47,957 nt of DNA from a virus (lineage: Duplodnaviria; Caudoviricetes): positions 1 through 47,957 of the IMG/VR virus record IMGVR_UViG_3300011102_000151, one strand, 5' to 3'. The notes below the pieces were generated by a model. The model ran no database searches, had not been told where the DNA came from, and worked only from the letters and a program-made list of their open reading frames with translations. The number at the start of each line of letters is the position of its first letter. The stretch's first letter is position 1. This document shows, one piece after another, positions 26,507-36,568 of the stretch. The translations under genes were made by a program, and so were the position numbers.

Positions 26507-26807
26507 GGTCAGCTTTCGCCCCCAAGAACCGTTCAGCCAGCGCCCTGGCGCGATCCACGCCGATGAACCCCAGCAGCCCGCCGACGAACGCCGCGGCCGA
26601 CTGCGGCAGGCCGAACAGATCAAGGCCCGACACGGCCGCCAGCGTCAGCGCGCCACACAGCAGGCTTTCGATTATCTTCTGGCGCACGGTTCCGCCGGCG
26701 TATGTCACGCGCAGCGCGGCGATCACCGCAGACAGGCATGCGGCGTATATCGCCGGGTAGTTCTCGCCCAGCCAGGACAGCACCATTTCTTTGTTCGGCA
26801 TTCTCAT
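26499..26807 (-). CDS. Lambda-family holin
   Basis: Three TM segments, ES.LCG, GFIGVD; dual Met start MRM; precedes endolysin. Confidence 0.9.
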   Translation of the reverse strand: MRMPNKEMVLSWLGENYPAIYAACLSAVIAALRVTYAGGTVRQKIIESLLCGALTLAAVSGLDLFGLPQSAAAFVGGLLGFIGVDRARALAERFLGAKADRG

Positions 26808-26926
26808 CGCTCGCAGGCTCGTTTTCGTCGCAGGGGCGGCCCCTTCCCGCTGTGGCCCACCCGATTATCCTGTCGGATGACGCGCGGCCGCAGGTGTAAC
26901 GCGGGCGCTTCCGTGCGCCGCCGTGA

Positions 26927-27922
26927 TTACAGCTTGATCATGAAATTGACGAAGGCGGTCGGCTGCATGTTGTTGTGTGCCTGGCCGCCGCCTTCGCTGG
27001 TGGTCGGAATAAGGCCGCCGCCGCTTCCGTTCGCCGTGAACGCTGATGACCCCGTTCCGTTGGCTGGCACGTCGTGGTCATGCGGCGCCGTTTCCGCGAA
27101 GATGGTGACGTGCGCTTCCTCGCCCACCGTTTCGCCCAGTGCGCGGTTCGCCATCGTCAGCGTCAGCGTGTGGGTGCCGGTGCCGGCGGCGGTAATGTTG
27201 ATGGCCGTTCCGGCGTGCGCATTCGCCAGCGACGTGGCCAGCTTGATGACGGTGGCGCTGGTGCGGATCACCCAGTAATCGGTCGCCGCCACCAGCGGCG
27301 CCGGCAGCGTGGTGGTGGAACTGACGCGCACCACCTGGCCGGTGTAAAGCGTGCTGTTCGCATCGATGGTCAGCTCGTCGGTGGTGGCGTTGGCCGTGAA
27401 CGCCGAAGTGAACACCCCCTGCCCGGCGGCCGCCAGCGCGCGGCCCAGCATCTTGGTAAGCCGGATGGGCTTATTCGCCGCGAAGTCGGCCGCCGCCGAT
27501 GCGCCGCGGCCGCCGGTGACGGGCGCCCAGGCGTCTGCGACGTTGTTCCACAGGACGGTATACAGCGCTTCGGTGTCGGCATTCGCGCGCGTGGTGGCGC
27601 CGCTGGCGCCGCTGCCGATCGTGCCGTCGTTGCACATAACCCAGCCGGCATCGGCGACGGTTTTCAGGGTTGGTTTAAGGTCTCCGGTGGTGAACCCGGC
27701 GGCCGCCGCAATCATCGTTTTGATGGCGGCAAGCAGCTGCGCATTGTTCGCCTTGTTTAGCGGCGTGTTCCCGCCGGTCGGATCGACAATGACATTTTCG
27801 ATTTCTGTCTGAACCGCGTTCATAAAGTCCGCGGTGACCTCGGTCGCCGGCGTTCCGGTGCCGGGGTTGCCTTCGGTCCAGTGCCCGTCACCCGTCGCGC
27901 CGGGTCCGTCGATCCTGTGCAT
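26927..27922 (-). CDS. Tail fibre with collar-type domain
   Basis: Mu-like MHRID..N.VQ.E N-terminus; GWVMCN.G and HNNMQP..NFMIK collar motifs. Confidence 0.85.
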   Translation of the reverse strand: MHRIDGPGATGDGHWTEGNPGTGTPATEVTADFMNAVQTEIENVIVDPTGGNTPLNKANNAQLLAAIKTMIAAAAGFTTGDLKPTLKTVADAGWVMCNDGTIGSGASGATTRANADTEALYTVLWNNVADAWAPVTGGRGASAAADFAANKPIRLTKMLGRALAAAGQGVFTSAFTANATTDELTIDANSTLYTGQVVRVSSTTTLPAPLVAATDYWVIRTSATVIKLATSLANAHAGTAINITAAGTGTHTLTLTMANRALGETVGEEAHVTIFAETAPHDHDVPANGTGSSAFTANGSGGGLIPTTSEGGGQAHNNMQPTAFVNFMIKL

Positions 27923-27958
27923 ACATGTGCCCTCGCAGTCCGCGGGCGCCTGCCCGCG

Positions 27959-28195
27959 CTATCCGCCCATGGCGGCGGCTATTCGTTGGTCGATGAGCGC
28001 AATGATAGCATCGCGCAGCTGTGTATTGCTCGCCTTGGACGGCGCCGCGCCGGCTTCTTCGATCACTGCGATGATTTCTGCCTGTACAGCGTTCATCCAG
28101 TCCGCTGTGATCTCCGTAGCCGGTATGCCGGCTCCGGCGTTGCCTTCTGTCCATTCGCCCTGCGCTGTCGCGCCAGGTCCGTCAATGCGGTGCAT
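27959..28195 (-). CDS. Stand-alone tail-fibre N-terminal (baseplate anchor) protein
   Basis: 78 aa paralogous to N-terminus of next gene. Confidence 0.75.
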   Translation of the reverse strand: MHRIDGPGATAQGEWTEGNAGAGIPATEITADWMNAVQAEIIAVIEEAGAAPSKASNTQLRDAIIALIDQRIAAAMGG

Positions 28196-28198
28196 CCG

Positions 28199-28912
28199 CT
28201 ATTCATAGAAGAAAACCAGCGTCGTATGGGCAGGCTTATACTGACGAATCAAGCATTCCAATGAACCTTCGCCCCACGTCGCTAGGCGGTCACCGATCAC
28301 GCAGTCGCCCACCACGGCGCGGCGCGCCTGCGTGTAGTCGCCAGGTATCACAACGGCCCACGTAAACCCTACGTCGGGCGGGTTGATCCTGTCGCCTATG
28401 CGCGCGCGGCCTACCCTGGCCGGAAAGAATTCAAGAACCTGAATCGCGTAGCCGTAGGCGGCGCCCAGCTCCACGAAGAAATCAGGTGTCGGGTTCGCGT
28501 TGGATATCAGCTTCGTGACAACCGCGGCGCGACGTTCTGGCGTGCCTTGCGGGCCGCCGACGCAATCGTCTGGCAGCCCCAACACTCGCTCCCAGTCCGG
28601 CAGGAACATGGTGGCGTTCAGCGGAAACGTGTCGTTCTCGACTTCAACGATCGTGTTGCTGATCCGGTGGAATTCCTCGGCGACCGCCGCCACCAGATTG
28701 CCGAAGTCGCCGCGAGCGGATTCGTCCCAAGCCACGCCGCGCGGCAACAGGGCCAGCATCTGGTTGATGTAGGCTTCCAGCCCGTATTCGTAGACAGGCG
28801 GCGTCTTTGCCAGCGAGCTGCGCAGGTAGATGAACGCCTGCGCGATATCGGTGACTAGCCGGTGGCCTGCCGCCGGTGTGCCGACGAATAGGTAAGACCG
28901 CTGCAGGGCCAT
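28199..28912 (-). CDS. Baseplate protein, Mu gp48/YmfQ family
   Basis: LLPRG.AW, LPDWERVLGLPD, LEC.I..YKPAHT. Confidence 0.9.
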   Translation of the reverse strand: MALQRSYLFVGTPAAGHRLVTDIAQAFIYLRSSLAKTPPVYEYGLEAYINQMLALLPRGVAWDESARGDFGNLVAAVAEEFHRISNTIVEVENDTFPLNATMFLPDWERVLGLPDDCVGGPQGTPERRAAVVTKLISNANPTPDFFVELGAAYGYAIQVLEFFPARVGRARIGDRINPPDVGFTWAVVIPGDYTQARRAVVGDCVIGDRLATWGEGSLECLIRQYKPAHTTLVFFYE

Positions 28913-28920
28913 CTGTCAGC

Positions 28921-29496
28921 TTACCCCATCGGCCAGGCGATGGCCTGCACTGCAGCTGCAGTGGTGGCGGCCGTGATGGCATCTTCCAGCGCCTGGCGCC
29001 GGCCAATCACAGCGGCCACTGCCGGCCGGTAGGCTTCGGCCTTGGCGATCACGCGCGCGCAAAGATCAGCCAGCGTGATGCCGCGCGCCGCAGCGATCGG
29101 CGCCAGCGTTGGCGTAGGCGCAGAATTGTCGGCCAGCCACGCGCGCGCTTCGGCTTCCTGATCCTGCCAGGTGTCGATTTCGAACTGCGGATAGCCGGCT
29201 GCGATCGCCTGAATGGCGTCGACGGCATCGGCATTGATTTCTTCTAGCTTGGCGCGCTTCAAATCATCCAGCGACGGCGCGGCAGGCGGCTGCCAGGACG
29301 TGAAAACCACCCGCTGCGCGGCGATGGCGGACTGCACGGCAGACCACAGTTCGGGGGTGGCATCCGGGTGTGCGTGATACGGAAGCCCGTCCAGCGTCAA
29401 CAGTTCGTATCCATCGGAAGGCGGGTTCGGCCCTTTCTCGATCAGCCGGAATTTTCCACTGGGCTCTAGCTGCGCAAAGCTTTCCAGTTCCATCAT
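28921..29496 (-). CDS. Tail fibre assembly chaperone-like protein
   Basis: YP..E..TW..Q..EA.AW..D motif; follows a fibre gene. Confidence 0.75.
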   Translation of the reverse strand: MMELESFAQLEPSGKFRLIEKGPNPPSDGYELLTLDGLPYHAHPDATPELWSAVQSAIAAQRVVFTSWQPPAAPSLDDLKRAKLEEINADAVDAIQAIAAGYPQFEIDTWQDQEAEARAWLADNSAPTPTLAPIAAARGITLADLCARVIAKAEAYRPAVAAVIGRRQALEDAITAATTAAAVQAIAWPMG

Positions 29497-30560
29497 GCTA
29501 CCCTCATCGCCCAGCCGAGGTTTTGACCGCCGCCGCCTGCATCAAGCACGCTTCCGCCAGCAGCAAATCCTGTGTATGCCGCCCGCAACCGTCCGTCAGC
29601 GGTGAATCCTATTAGGAAAGCAAACCACGTTCCGCCAGCTGGCAGCTGAACCGCGCCAAAAGTTGAAAACCCATACATATAGCCGCGTTGGCTCCCGTTC
29701 GAACCCTGCGGATTTGGAAACCAGAATCCAGGGCCTTGCCCGCCTAGCGCGTTTGCATTGGCTGCGCCGCCGACGAACAGGCCGTTATAGGTCCCGCTGG
29801 TGCGCGCAAAAGCCGAAGCATGCAGCCCATCAACGGTGTCTGCATTGCCGGCGCTGCTGGCGAACGCGGCCGAACCGGCGCTGCCGACTGCCATATTTGG
29901 ATAGTTGCCGCTGGTGTTCGCCTTTGAATTGGGATCAAAGTTGGCGCTTGTGAATCCAACTATCCACGGCTGCCAAACGCCATTGAACCGGACGCGCCAA
30001 GCGATCTTCGGGGCTGACTGCAGCGAAACGTAATGCTGCAGCGTGTAGGCCGTTGTGTTGGATGCCGTGACTATCAGCACGCCCCATTCGCCAGGCCATG
30101 GAATGTTTGAAGATGCAGAACCGTTGATGTAGTAGCTGCCGGAAATTCCTTTGTTGTTCAGGTTGACGGCTTCTGCCTGCGCCACCGCGGCGACACCAAG
30201 ACCGAATTGCGCCATCGCCTGAGCGACGCGCAGCGGCGGCATCGCCTTGGTGGCGTTCTGCAGCGACAGCGCTTCGGCGCCGGAGGCAAGCGCGATGATG
30301 CCGGCCCGATCTTCCTGCGCCGTTCGCCCTGCCAGCGTCGCCGGCGACACGGCCAGGTCTGGCCGCGTCCCTTCGTTCGTTTCCTGCTGCGTTGCCAGTT
30401 CAAGCAAGCCGGGCGCCGCGGTACTGCCGATAGACAGGTCGGACGTGTTTACCTTCTGCGCGAGGCCCGGCACCGAAACTTCGACAGTTCTGGCGGATGG
30501 ATTCTCGGTCAGCGTGATGCCGTCGCCTGCAACAAGGCGGTATACCACTTCATCGGCCAT
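29493..30560 (-). CDS. Tail fibre / receptor-binding protein
   Basis: G..ELAT..E..G repeats, knob-like W..W region, NADTVDGLHAS. Confidence 0.8.
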   Translation of the reverse strand: MADEVVYRLVAGDGITLTENPSARTVEVSVPGLAQKVNTSDLSIGSTAAPGLLELATQQETNEGTRPDLAVSPATLAGRTAQEDRAGIIALASGAEALSLQNATKAMPPLRVAQAMAQFGLGVAAVAQAEAVNLNNKGISGSYYINGSASSNIPWPGEWGVLIVTASNTTAYTLQHYVSLQSAPKIAWRVRFNGVWQPWIVGFTSANFDPNSKANTSGNYPNMAVGSAGSAAFASSAGNADTVDGLHASAFARTSGTYNGLFVGGAANANALGGQGPGFWFPNPQGSNGSQRGYMYGFSTFGAVQLPAGGTWFAFLIGFTADGRLRAAYTGFAAGGSVLDAGGGGQNLGWAMRVA

Positions 30561-31621
30561 TAGAGTTCGCTCCAGGTGATATCGCCAAGCACGGCGATTT
30601 CGCCAATTTCGTGTTCCACGTCTGCGGTCGGGCTGATCACCACGCTGTCGCCTTCGCCGGCAGCGATGCTTATTGCTTCGCGTATGTGGCTCAGCAGGAT
30701 CGTGCCGCCCGGTTCAGCTTCGCGCAGCAGCAGATCCTGCAGTTCCGCCGTTATGGCGTCTTTTACGGCCTGCGTGTTCGGACTGATCGCAATCGACAAA
30801 TCAAGATCGATCGCGGTAGGCGCCACCACGTAGACTTCGGCGGTCACCGGCCGCTGCGTCTGGATATAGGCGAGCACGGCGTCAATGACGGTCTGCGTCG
30901 GGATCAGGCCGCCCGGTGCGTTGTCCGTCACGATGCGCACCGTAACCGAATTCGCGGACATTTCCTGACCGGCCACCCACACGCGCGTCACATCGGGGTG
31001 GCCTGCCTTCGCCCATTCCACATAATCGCTGTTCGTGCCGCCCTTCGGCGGTTGACGCATGCGGTCCATCACGCGCACGCGCAGCGCCTCGATGGTCTCC
31101 TGATCGCTGCCGCCGGTCAGGCCAGGCGCCTGCACTGCGACGGTGGCGACCACGCCGGCCACCGGACTGGCAAAAGACAGCGATGCGCCGGCGTCCAAGT
31201 TTCCGGCGGCGCCGCCGTCCGCTGCAGTTACGGCGACCACCGCCGACCCCGCCGAAATCGTAGCGTCGGAGTCCACCGTGTACTGCGCGCCGGTCGACGA
31301 CTGCAGCACCCGGCCAGCCGGTATGACCGAGCCGTTCGTGCCAGTCGCCAGCACGGCGCCGGACGCGGCGGCGGCGCTCAGGCGCTGCACGCCGTACAGG
31401 TTTGCCCAGCGCAGAACCGTGTCGTCGTCGCCGGTGTCGGGCAGGAAGTTTCGCGCCTTGTAGTCGATATAGCCATACAGGCCGTGCGCGACGCCGGCTT
31501 CCGTTCTTGCCAGCGCGCGGACCATCGCGTGCCGCGGCGGCGTGCCGATGCCAAGGCGGCTGACCGCATCCTGTTCGGTGCGTTCGATCAGTTCTTTTAG
31601 TGTTGGCCGCGTGAATGGCAT
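30560..31621 (-). CDS. Baseplate J-like (Mu gp47)
   Basis: MPFTRPTL, GG.D.E....R.R, P.GG...DY..WA. Confidence 0.92.
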   Translation of the reverse strand: MPFTRPTLKELIERTEQDAVSRLGIGTPPRHAMVRALARTEAGVAHGLYGYIDYKARNFLPDTGDDDTVLRWANLYGVQRLSAAAASGAVLATGTNGSVIPAGRVLQSSTGAQYTVDSDATISAGSAVVAVTAADGGAAGNLDAGASLSFASPVAGVVATVAVQAPGLTGGSDQETIEALRVRVMDRMRQPPKGGTNSDYVEWAKAGHPDVTRVWVAGQEMSANSVTVRIVTDNAPGGLIPTQTVIDAVLAYIQTQRPVTAEVYVVAPTAIDLDLSIAISPNTQAVKDAITAELQDLLLREAEPGGTILLSHIREAISIAAGEGDSVVISPTADVEHEIGEIAVLGDITWSEL

Positions 31622-32076
31622 TACCGTTTCGCCCCCTGGCCATTCCATAGATAGGTGTATCGAACCACCGTATCGTCAGGCCGGATTATCTCAATTCCGA
31701 TGCTGATCTGATAGAGTCCGCCGCGTTCCGTGACCACATTCACCGCCTTGGCGATCCCGTCGTCTATCATCCAGCGCAGAGCATCGCGGCAGTATTCGCG
31801 TGCGCGAGACAGCGTTTCCGTGACGATCACTTCGCGCCACAGCAGCCACAGCTTGCTGCCCATCTGCACGCCGTCGTCGTCGCCGATATCGCCCCACCAG
31901 CCCCGCGGGTCATCGTGACCGATCGCGGCCAGTTCTTCGGGGGTGGCCCGCGCGTCCGTGAACAGCGAAATCAGCACGGACGTTTCCAGGCCGTCGTCGG
32001 CTGCCAGGTCGTTGCCGTTCAGCGCCAAGCCGAACACGCCGGGGCTGATCTGCTGTAGCGCTATGTCCGTCATCAC
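31621..32076 (-). CDS. Baseplate protein Mu gp46-like
   Basis: SLFTDARA, RGWWGD, GSKLWLL. Confidence 0.92.
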   Translation of the reverse strand: MMTDIALQQISPGVFGLALNGNDLAADDGLETSVLISLFTDARATPEELAAIGHDDPRGWWGDIGDDDGVQMGSKLWLLWREVIVTETLSRAREYCRDALRWMIDDGIAKAVNVVTERGGLYQISIGIEIIRPDDTVVRYTYLWNGQGAKR

Positions 32077-32633
32077 ATGGCCTGATTTGGATCGGCCGTG
32101 TCCCCGCTGCCGGGCTGCACGCCGCCATGGTCGTGTTCGTTGTAGATGTCGCGCATGACGGCCATCGTGCGGCCGCTGCTGGACGCCTGATCCAGAATGT
32201 CGCCTTCGGCCTGCACGTCGCCGGCGGCTGTCACCAGCGGCGCGTTCAGGTCGATTAGTTCGGCATTGACGCGGAACGTCTGCGTGGTGACTTCGATCAC
32301 CCGGCCGCGTTTCAGGTGGATATTATCGCCTTCGTCGGTGTAGATGGCCACTTCGCCCTGTTCTAGCCCCACCATCCGATAGCGCCGATCGTCCACAGCG
32401 ATGCACAGGCCGAGGTCGCGGTTTCCGCCCACGAACACCACCACGCCTTCGGCGCCGGGGTGCGGGACGCTGGTAAATCCGTAATCCTGAAACCGTTCGA
32501 TGTTGTCGCGGACTTCGCGTTTCAGCAGGCTGGTTTGCAGCGTCTGCAGTTTCTTGCTGTCGTCGATCAAATTCACCACGGCGCGGGCCACGGTCAGCAT
32601 CACCCGGTTTTTCAAGTCGCGTATGTCGCTCAC
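32073..32633 (-). CDS. Baseplate spike (Mu gp45/gpV)
   Basis: Q.YGFTS.P, D.RYR, GEVAIY, C-terminal HDH. Confidence 0.92.
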   Translation of the reverse strand: MSDIRDLKNRVMLTVARAVVNLIDDSKKLQTLQTSLLKREVRDNIERFQDYGFTSVPHPGAEGVVVFVGGNRDLGLCIAVDDRRYRMVGLEQGEVAIYTDEGDNIHLKRGRVIEVTTQTFRVNAELIDLNAPLVTAAGDVQAEGDILDQASSSGRTMAVMRDIYNEHDHGGVQPGSGDTADPNQAM

Positions 32634-33700
32634 TGCAGGTATTCCCCGAACGCAGGCCCCTTGCCTTCCGGCACGGCGGGCTGTGGCTTGTAGGCGTCGG
32701 GCCGCAGCAATTCCAGCTCGGCCAGTGTTCCGCCCTTGTCGGACTTCGAAAAGGCGACGGCGTTGATCAGAACGTCGGTCGGTTCGGTCAGCTGCAGCCA
32801 TGGGCTGACCACCTGAACCAGTTCGCCAGGCTGCCACAGGCGGCCGCCGGGCCGCTGCCGCCAGCCCTGCACGGTGATGGACAGCGGCGATCCGCGGGCC
32901 GCGCGCACAATCGATTCCCATTGCGCCATCGCCTGCAGGTTTGCGGCATCCGCGCTATTTTGCGCAACGATCAGCAGGCGCCGCGCGGTGCGCACGTTCT
33001 CGTCGCGCGCGCGGCCTTCCACCTGCGCGGCTTCGGCACCGAAAACCGTGTCGGTGCCGGCCGTCTGCCCGGTGACCAGATATTCGCTGAACCGCTGCGA
33101 ATGGTCGGCTGTGCCGCTGGCGCGCAGGATGTTAACTCCCTGCTGCAGCGCCACGTCGGCGCGGCGCTGCCCGGGGGTGGTCAGCACGATGCCCCCGCGG
33201 CCGTCGCTGATCACCAGCACGCCGCGCTGCCGCGCGTAGCGTTCGAGGATTTCGAAGGCGGTTTCGCCGGGCTGGATCTTCACCAGCGGGAACGCCTCCG
33301 CGTCGCCGCTTTCGTCGGTGACGGTTATTCCGAAAGGTTTTGCCAGCTCGGTTGCAAGCCTTCCTATCGTTATATTCGTCCAGGCGTCCGGGTCGTTCAG
33401 CGCGCTGCTGTCCACCATGTCGGCGGCCTTATCGCGGCCACTGATCGCCAGGCTGCGCGTCGTCGCATCGAAAGACGGCCGCACCGCGTCCACATAGCCG
33501 GTGATCAGCGGTTCGCCGTCGACCGTCAGCGCGCATTCTGCGCCCGGACGGATCGGCCACGGCTGCGCCGCGGCGTCCCATCTGTCGGACACGTCCAGCC
33601 CGAAAACGCCGCTGATGGTGTCCACACTGCGTTCGATGCGAACGCGCTTCCAGCCGGCATATTCGGCGCCGTCGACCGTCAGGCGCACCACGTCAGCCAT
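32630..33700 (-). CDS. Baseplate hub (Mu gp44/gpP)
   Basis: Y.GW....I.RS, ITGYVD, QPGET, RFSEY.V. Confidence 0.9.
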   Translation of the reverse strand: MADVVRLTVDGAEYAGWKRVRIERSVDTISGVFGLDVSDRWDAAAQPWPIRPGAECALTVDGEPLITGYVDAVRPSFDATTRSLAISGRDKAADMVDSSALNDPDAWTNITIGRLATELAKPFGITVTDESGDAEAFPLVKIQPGETAFEILERYARQRGVLVISDGRGGIVLTTPGQRRADVALQQGVNILRASGTADHSQRFSEYLVTGQTAGTDTVFGAEAAQVEGRARDENVRTARRLLIVAQNSADAANLQAMAQWESIVRAARGSPLSITVQGWRQRPGGRLWQPGELVQVVSPWLQLTEPTDVLINAVAFSKSDKGGTLAELELLRPDAYKPQPAVPEGKGPAFGEYLQ

Positions 33701-34922
33701 TAACCACCACCTCGATCGGCCGGCCGCCGGGCACGAACCCGGGGTGCTCGATCTTGTTCCTGGCCACCACGTCCACGTCGCGCAGAGGGTCGCCGTAGGC
33801 GCGATACGCCACCACCAGCGCCGGCGCGGCCTGCGTCAGCGTTATCGTCTTGATCTCGGGCAGCCGCGGGTCTGGCAGCGACTGAACCACCTGCGCGCGC
33901 AGATCCTGCAACGCCACAAAAACGTCGTCGGCGGCCGTCTCGCTGGCCGTGTCTATCTCGTCCGTCAGCTGCTGCCGCGCTTCCAGCGCGTCCTGATAGC
34001 TGTCATACGGCTGGCCGGCGGTGACCCGCGCCTGTTCGGCGATGGCCAGCTGCTGAACCATCGTCTGCAGTGCGTCCTGTGACCGCGCCTGCCGCGCGCG
34101 CGTGGCCGTGGTGACGCTGATGGGCGGCAGCGCGTTGGTGGACATTTCCCGCAGCGCGGCGCTGCTGGATCGGTTCTTGCCGACCACCGTTGTCACCCGG
34201 TTGATCACGCCGCGGAACCCGTCAGCCAGCGCGCTGGGCCGGTTGATCAGCGTCAGCGCGTCACGCCGGAACGCCAGCACTTCGTCGGCCAGATCGTTCG
34301 CCGTGGACAGCAGGCGGTCCAGCGGGTCCAGCAGTCCGTTGACCGCCGTGTTCATTTCGCGGCGGACGAACTCGGGCAGCTTGTCGATGTTGTAGATGGA
34401 TTCGAAAACCGACTCGGCGGCGTCCTGCGCGGCGTTGGCCGCCGCATCCACCGCCATGCCGGTGTTGATGATCGCCGCCGGGAACTGGTTTTCGCCGTCC
34501 TCGACGAACTTCATGGCGACTTCGCAATAGCCGCCGTCCTGGCGGCGTTCGCGCACGGTGAAATCCGTCAGGACCACCATCAGCGCGCCCATGTACGGAT
34601 GCACCAGTTCGGCGGCGCCGGGTGCTTCGCAGGCGTCGATCAGCGCATCGCGCTGCGTCTGGTAGCCGGGGCCGACCAGATAGCCAGTGATGGCGAATTC
34701 GCGCGCTTTGCGGCCCAGATCTTCGCTGAACGGAACGCTTCGGTCAGGGTATTCGTGCGTGACCACTCGGCGGCCGAACTGGCTGTCCACCGCGTCGACA
34801 TAGAAGATCGCGCCGCGGAAAGACGCCTGGCGATAGTTCTGCAGCCACGCAGGCAGTGGCCGCGGGGTCGGCTGGTCGCGCCGGCCGCCGAGTTCGAACG
34901 GAAGCGGTATCGTCGCCATCAA
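33693..34922 (-). CDS. Mu gpN-like DNA circularisation/tail protein
   Basis: ASFRG..F, GRR...HEYP, EDLG, LVHP. Confidence 0.92.
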   Translation of the reverse strand: MMATIPLPFELGGRRDQPTPRPLPAWLQNYRQASFRGAIFYVDAVDSQFGRRVVTHEYPDRSVPFSEDLGRKAREFAITGYLVGPGYQTQRDALIDACEAPGAAELVHPYMGALMVVLTDFTVRERRQDGGYCEVAMKFVEDGENQFPAAIINTGMAVDAAANAAQDAAESVFESIYNIDKLPEFVRREMNTAVNGLLDPLDRLLSTANDLADEVLAFRRDALTLINRPSALADGFRGVINRVTTVVGKNRSSSAALREMSTNALPPISVTTATRARQARSQDALQTMVQQLAIAEQARVTAGQPYDSYQDALEARQQLTDEIDTASETAADDVFVALQDLRAQVVQSLPDPRLPEIKTITLTQAAPALVVAYRAYGDPLRDVDVVARNKIEHPGFVPGGRPIEVVVNG

Positions 34923-36460
34923 CGCACCCCCGGCATGGCGTAACCGCGGTTCAGTTCCAGCGGGATGCCGCCGGTGGTGTTCGCGTCAGCGCGCGTTCCC
35001 GGCGGCAGGTTATTCAGGTCCACGGAAACTTCGACGCGCTGCGTCTGCGCCGCCGGCATGTTCAGCAGGCGGTCAGCGATCGGCGCAGCGCCTGGCACTG
35101 CGCTGGCTTGCGCCTGGGCGCCACCGCCCAGCAGGCTGCGAACACCGCGGAACGCCATCACCAGCGGATGGTGGTCGACCAGCCACTTGAACTTTTCTGC
35201 GATCCAGTTGACGGCGGCGACCGCTCCGGCCTTGATGCCGTCCCACAGGCTCGAAAACCATTTCGATATGCTGTCGATGATGGCAGCGAATGCCGATTTG
35301 ATCTTGTCCCAATTCTTGATCAGGTAGTAACCGGCAGCGACTGCCGCCAGGACGCCGGCCACGATCAGCGCCGGTGCGCCGAACGCCACGGTCATGGACA
35401 CGCCCAGCGCGGCCAGGTTGAAGCCCAGCGCCACCACGGCGGCGATCAGCTTGCCGCCGATGATCGCGGCCAGCGTCGCCAGCAGCGTGTTGGCTGCGCC
35501 GAAGTTGTCGACCACCCAGCTGATTGCGGTGATGAACGGCGCCACTGCGGCGGCCAGCGCCTTGAACAGCGCGACAAGGCGGTCGATATGCCCCGGCAGG
35601 TTCTTTCCAAGTTCGTCCGCCCACGCAACTATGTTCGGCTGATACCGGACGAACACCGCCTGCAGGTTTTCGGCGATCTTCGCCAGCGCCGGATAAAGCC
35701 TGCCCATCATGTTGCCGACGACACCGCGCACCGTCAGGCTGAGCGCGTCCAGCATGTCATTTAGGCGGCCTGCGCCTTCCAGCGTTTCATCGGACAGCAC
35801 CGCGCCGACTTCGTGCGCCCGCTGGCGGAAGCGCGCGAGTTCGTCTGACCCTTCACCCAGCAGTGTGGCCATCTGCGCGCCATACGTGCCCAGCAGCCGT
35901 TCGGCAATGGCCGCGCGCTTGGCGGTGTCGGTGATTCGGCTAAGACGATCGGCCAGCACAGGCATCAGGTCCGATGCGTTCTTGAAGTTTTTCGGGTCGA
36001 TGCCAAGGCCGCGGAATATCGGCACCGCGCGGCCCATGTTGATCTTCGCATCGCCCAAGTTTTTGTTCAGCGAGTCCAGCGCGTCGACCGTCTGTTCCGC
36101 TTCGACACCAAAGAACTTGAAAGCATAGGTGTATTCTTGCAGCGCGGTCTTTCCGATCTGCAGCCTGTCCGCCTGGTCGTTGATGGCGTCCGCCGCCTGC
36201 GATGTTCGTATCGCAAACAGGCCCAGCGCGCCGCCGGTGATGCCGGCTATGGCCTGCAGGCCAAGCAGCACCTTGCCCACTGCAAGCGCTTCCTGCCCCA
36301 CGCGGTTCAGTCCGATCTTTTCGGAAAAATCGAGAACGGACCGCGAAACGCGCTGCAGTGGCTTGGTGATGTCGGCGACGCGGTTCTGAACGGCGCGAAT
36401 CTTCGCGGTCGCTTTGTCGACCGCGCCAATCACGATGTTAAGCGGGAAGGTTTTAGCCAT
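34919..36460 (-). CDS. Tail tape measure protein
   Basis: 513 aa helical; AVDKAT start; position after chaperone. Confidence 0.85.
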   Translation of the reverse strand: MAKTFPLNIVIGAVDKATAKIRAVQNRVADITKPLQRVSRSVLDFSEKIGLNRVGQEALAVGKVLLGLQAIAGITGGALGLFAIRTSQAADAINDQADRLQIGKTALQEYTYAFKFFGVEAEQTVDALDSLNKNLGDAKINMGRAVPIFRGLGIDPKNFKNASDLMPVLADRLSRITDTAKRAAIAERLLGTYGAQMATLLGEGSDELARFRQRAHEVGAVLSDETLEGAGRLNDMLDALSLTVRGVVGNMMGRLYPALAKIAENLQAVFVRYQPNIVAWADELGKNLPGHIDRLVALFKALAAAVAPFITAISWVVDNFGAANTLLATLAAIIGGKLIAAVVALGFNLAALGVSMTVAFGAPALIVAGVLAAVAAGYYLIKNWDKIKSAFAAIIDSISKWFSSLWDGIKAGAVAAVNWIAEKFKWLVDHHPLVMAFRGVRSLLGGGAQAQASAVPGAAPIADRLLNMPAAQTQRVEVSVDLNNLPPGTRADANTTGGIPLELNRGYAMPGVR

Positions 36461-36568
36461 TCTGGCGCGACCTCAATTCTTCAAGGCCGCCAATCCAGAA
36501 TCTAAGATCGTCGGCGTCCAGTTCGAACAGTTCGGACGGCGGCCAGCCGAAGGCGTCAGCCAGCAGGA

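Noticed and set aside
26927-30560. Invertible tail-fibre cassette
   Set aside because: All fibre genes are on one strand; no invertase or flanking inverted repeats seen
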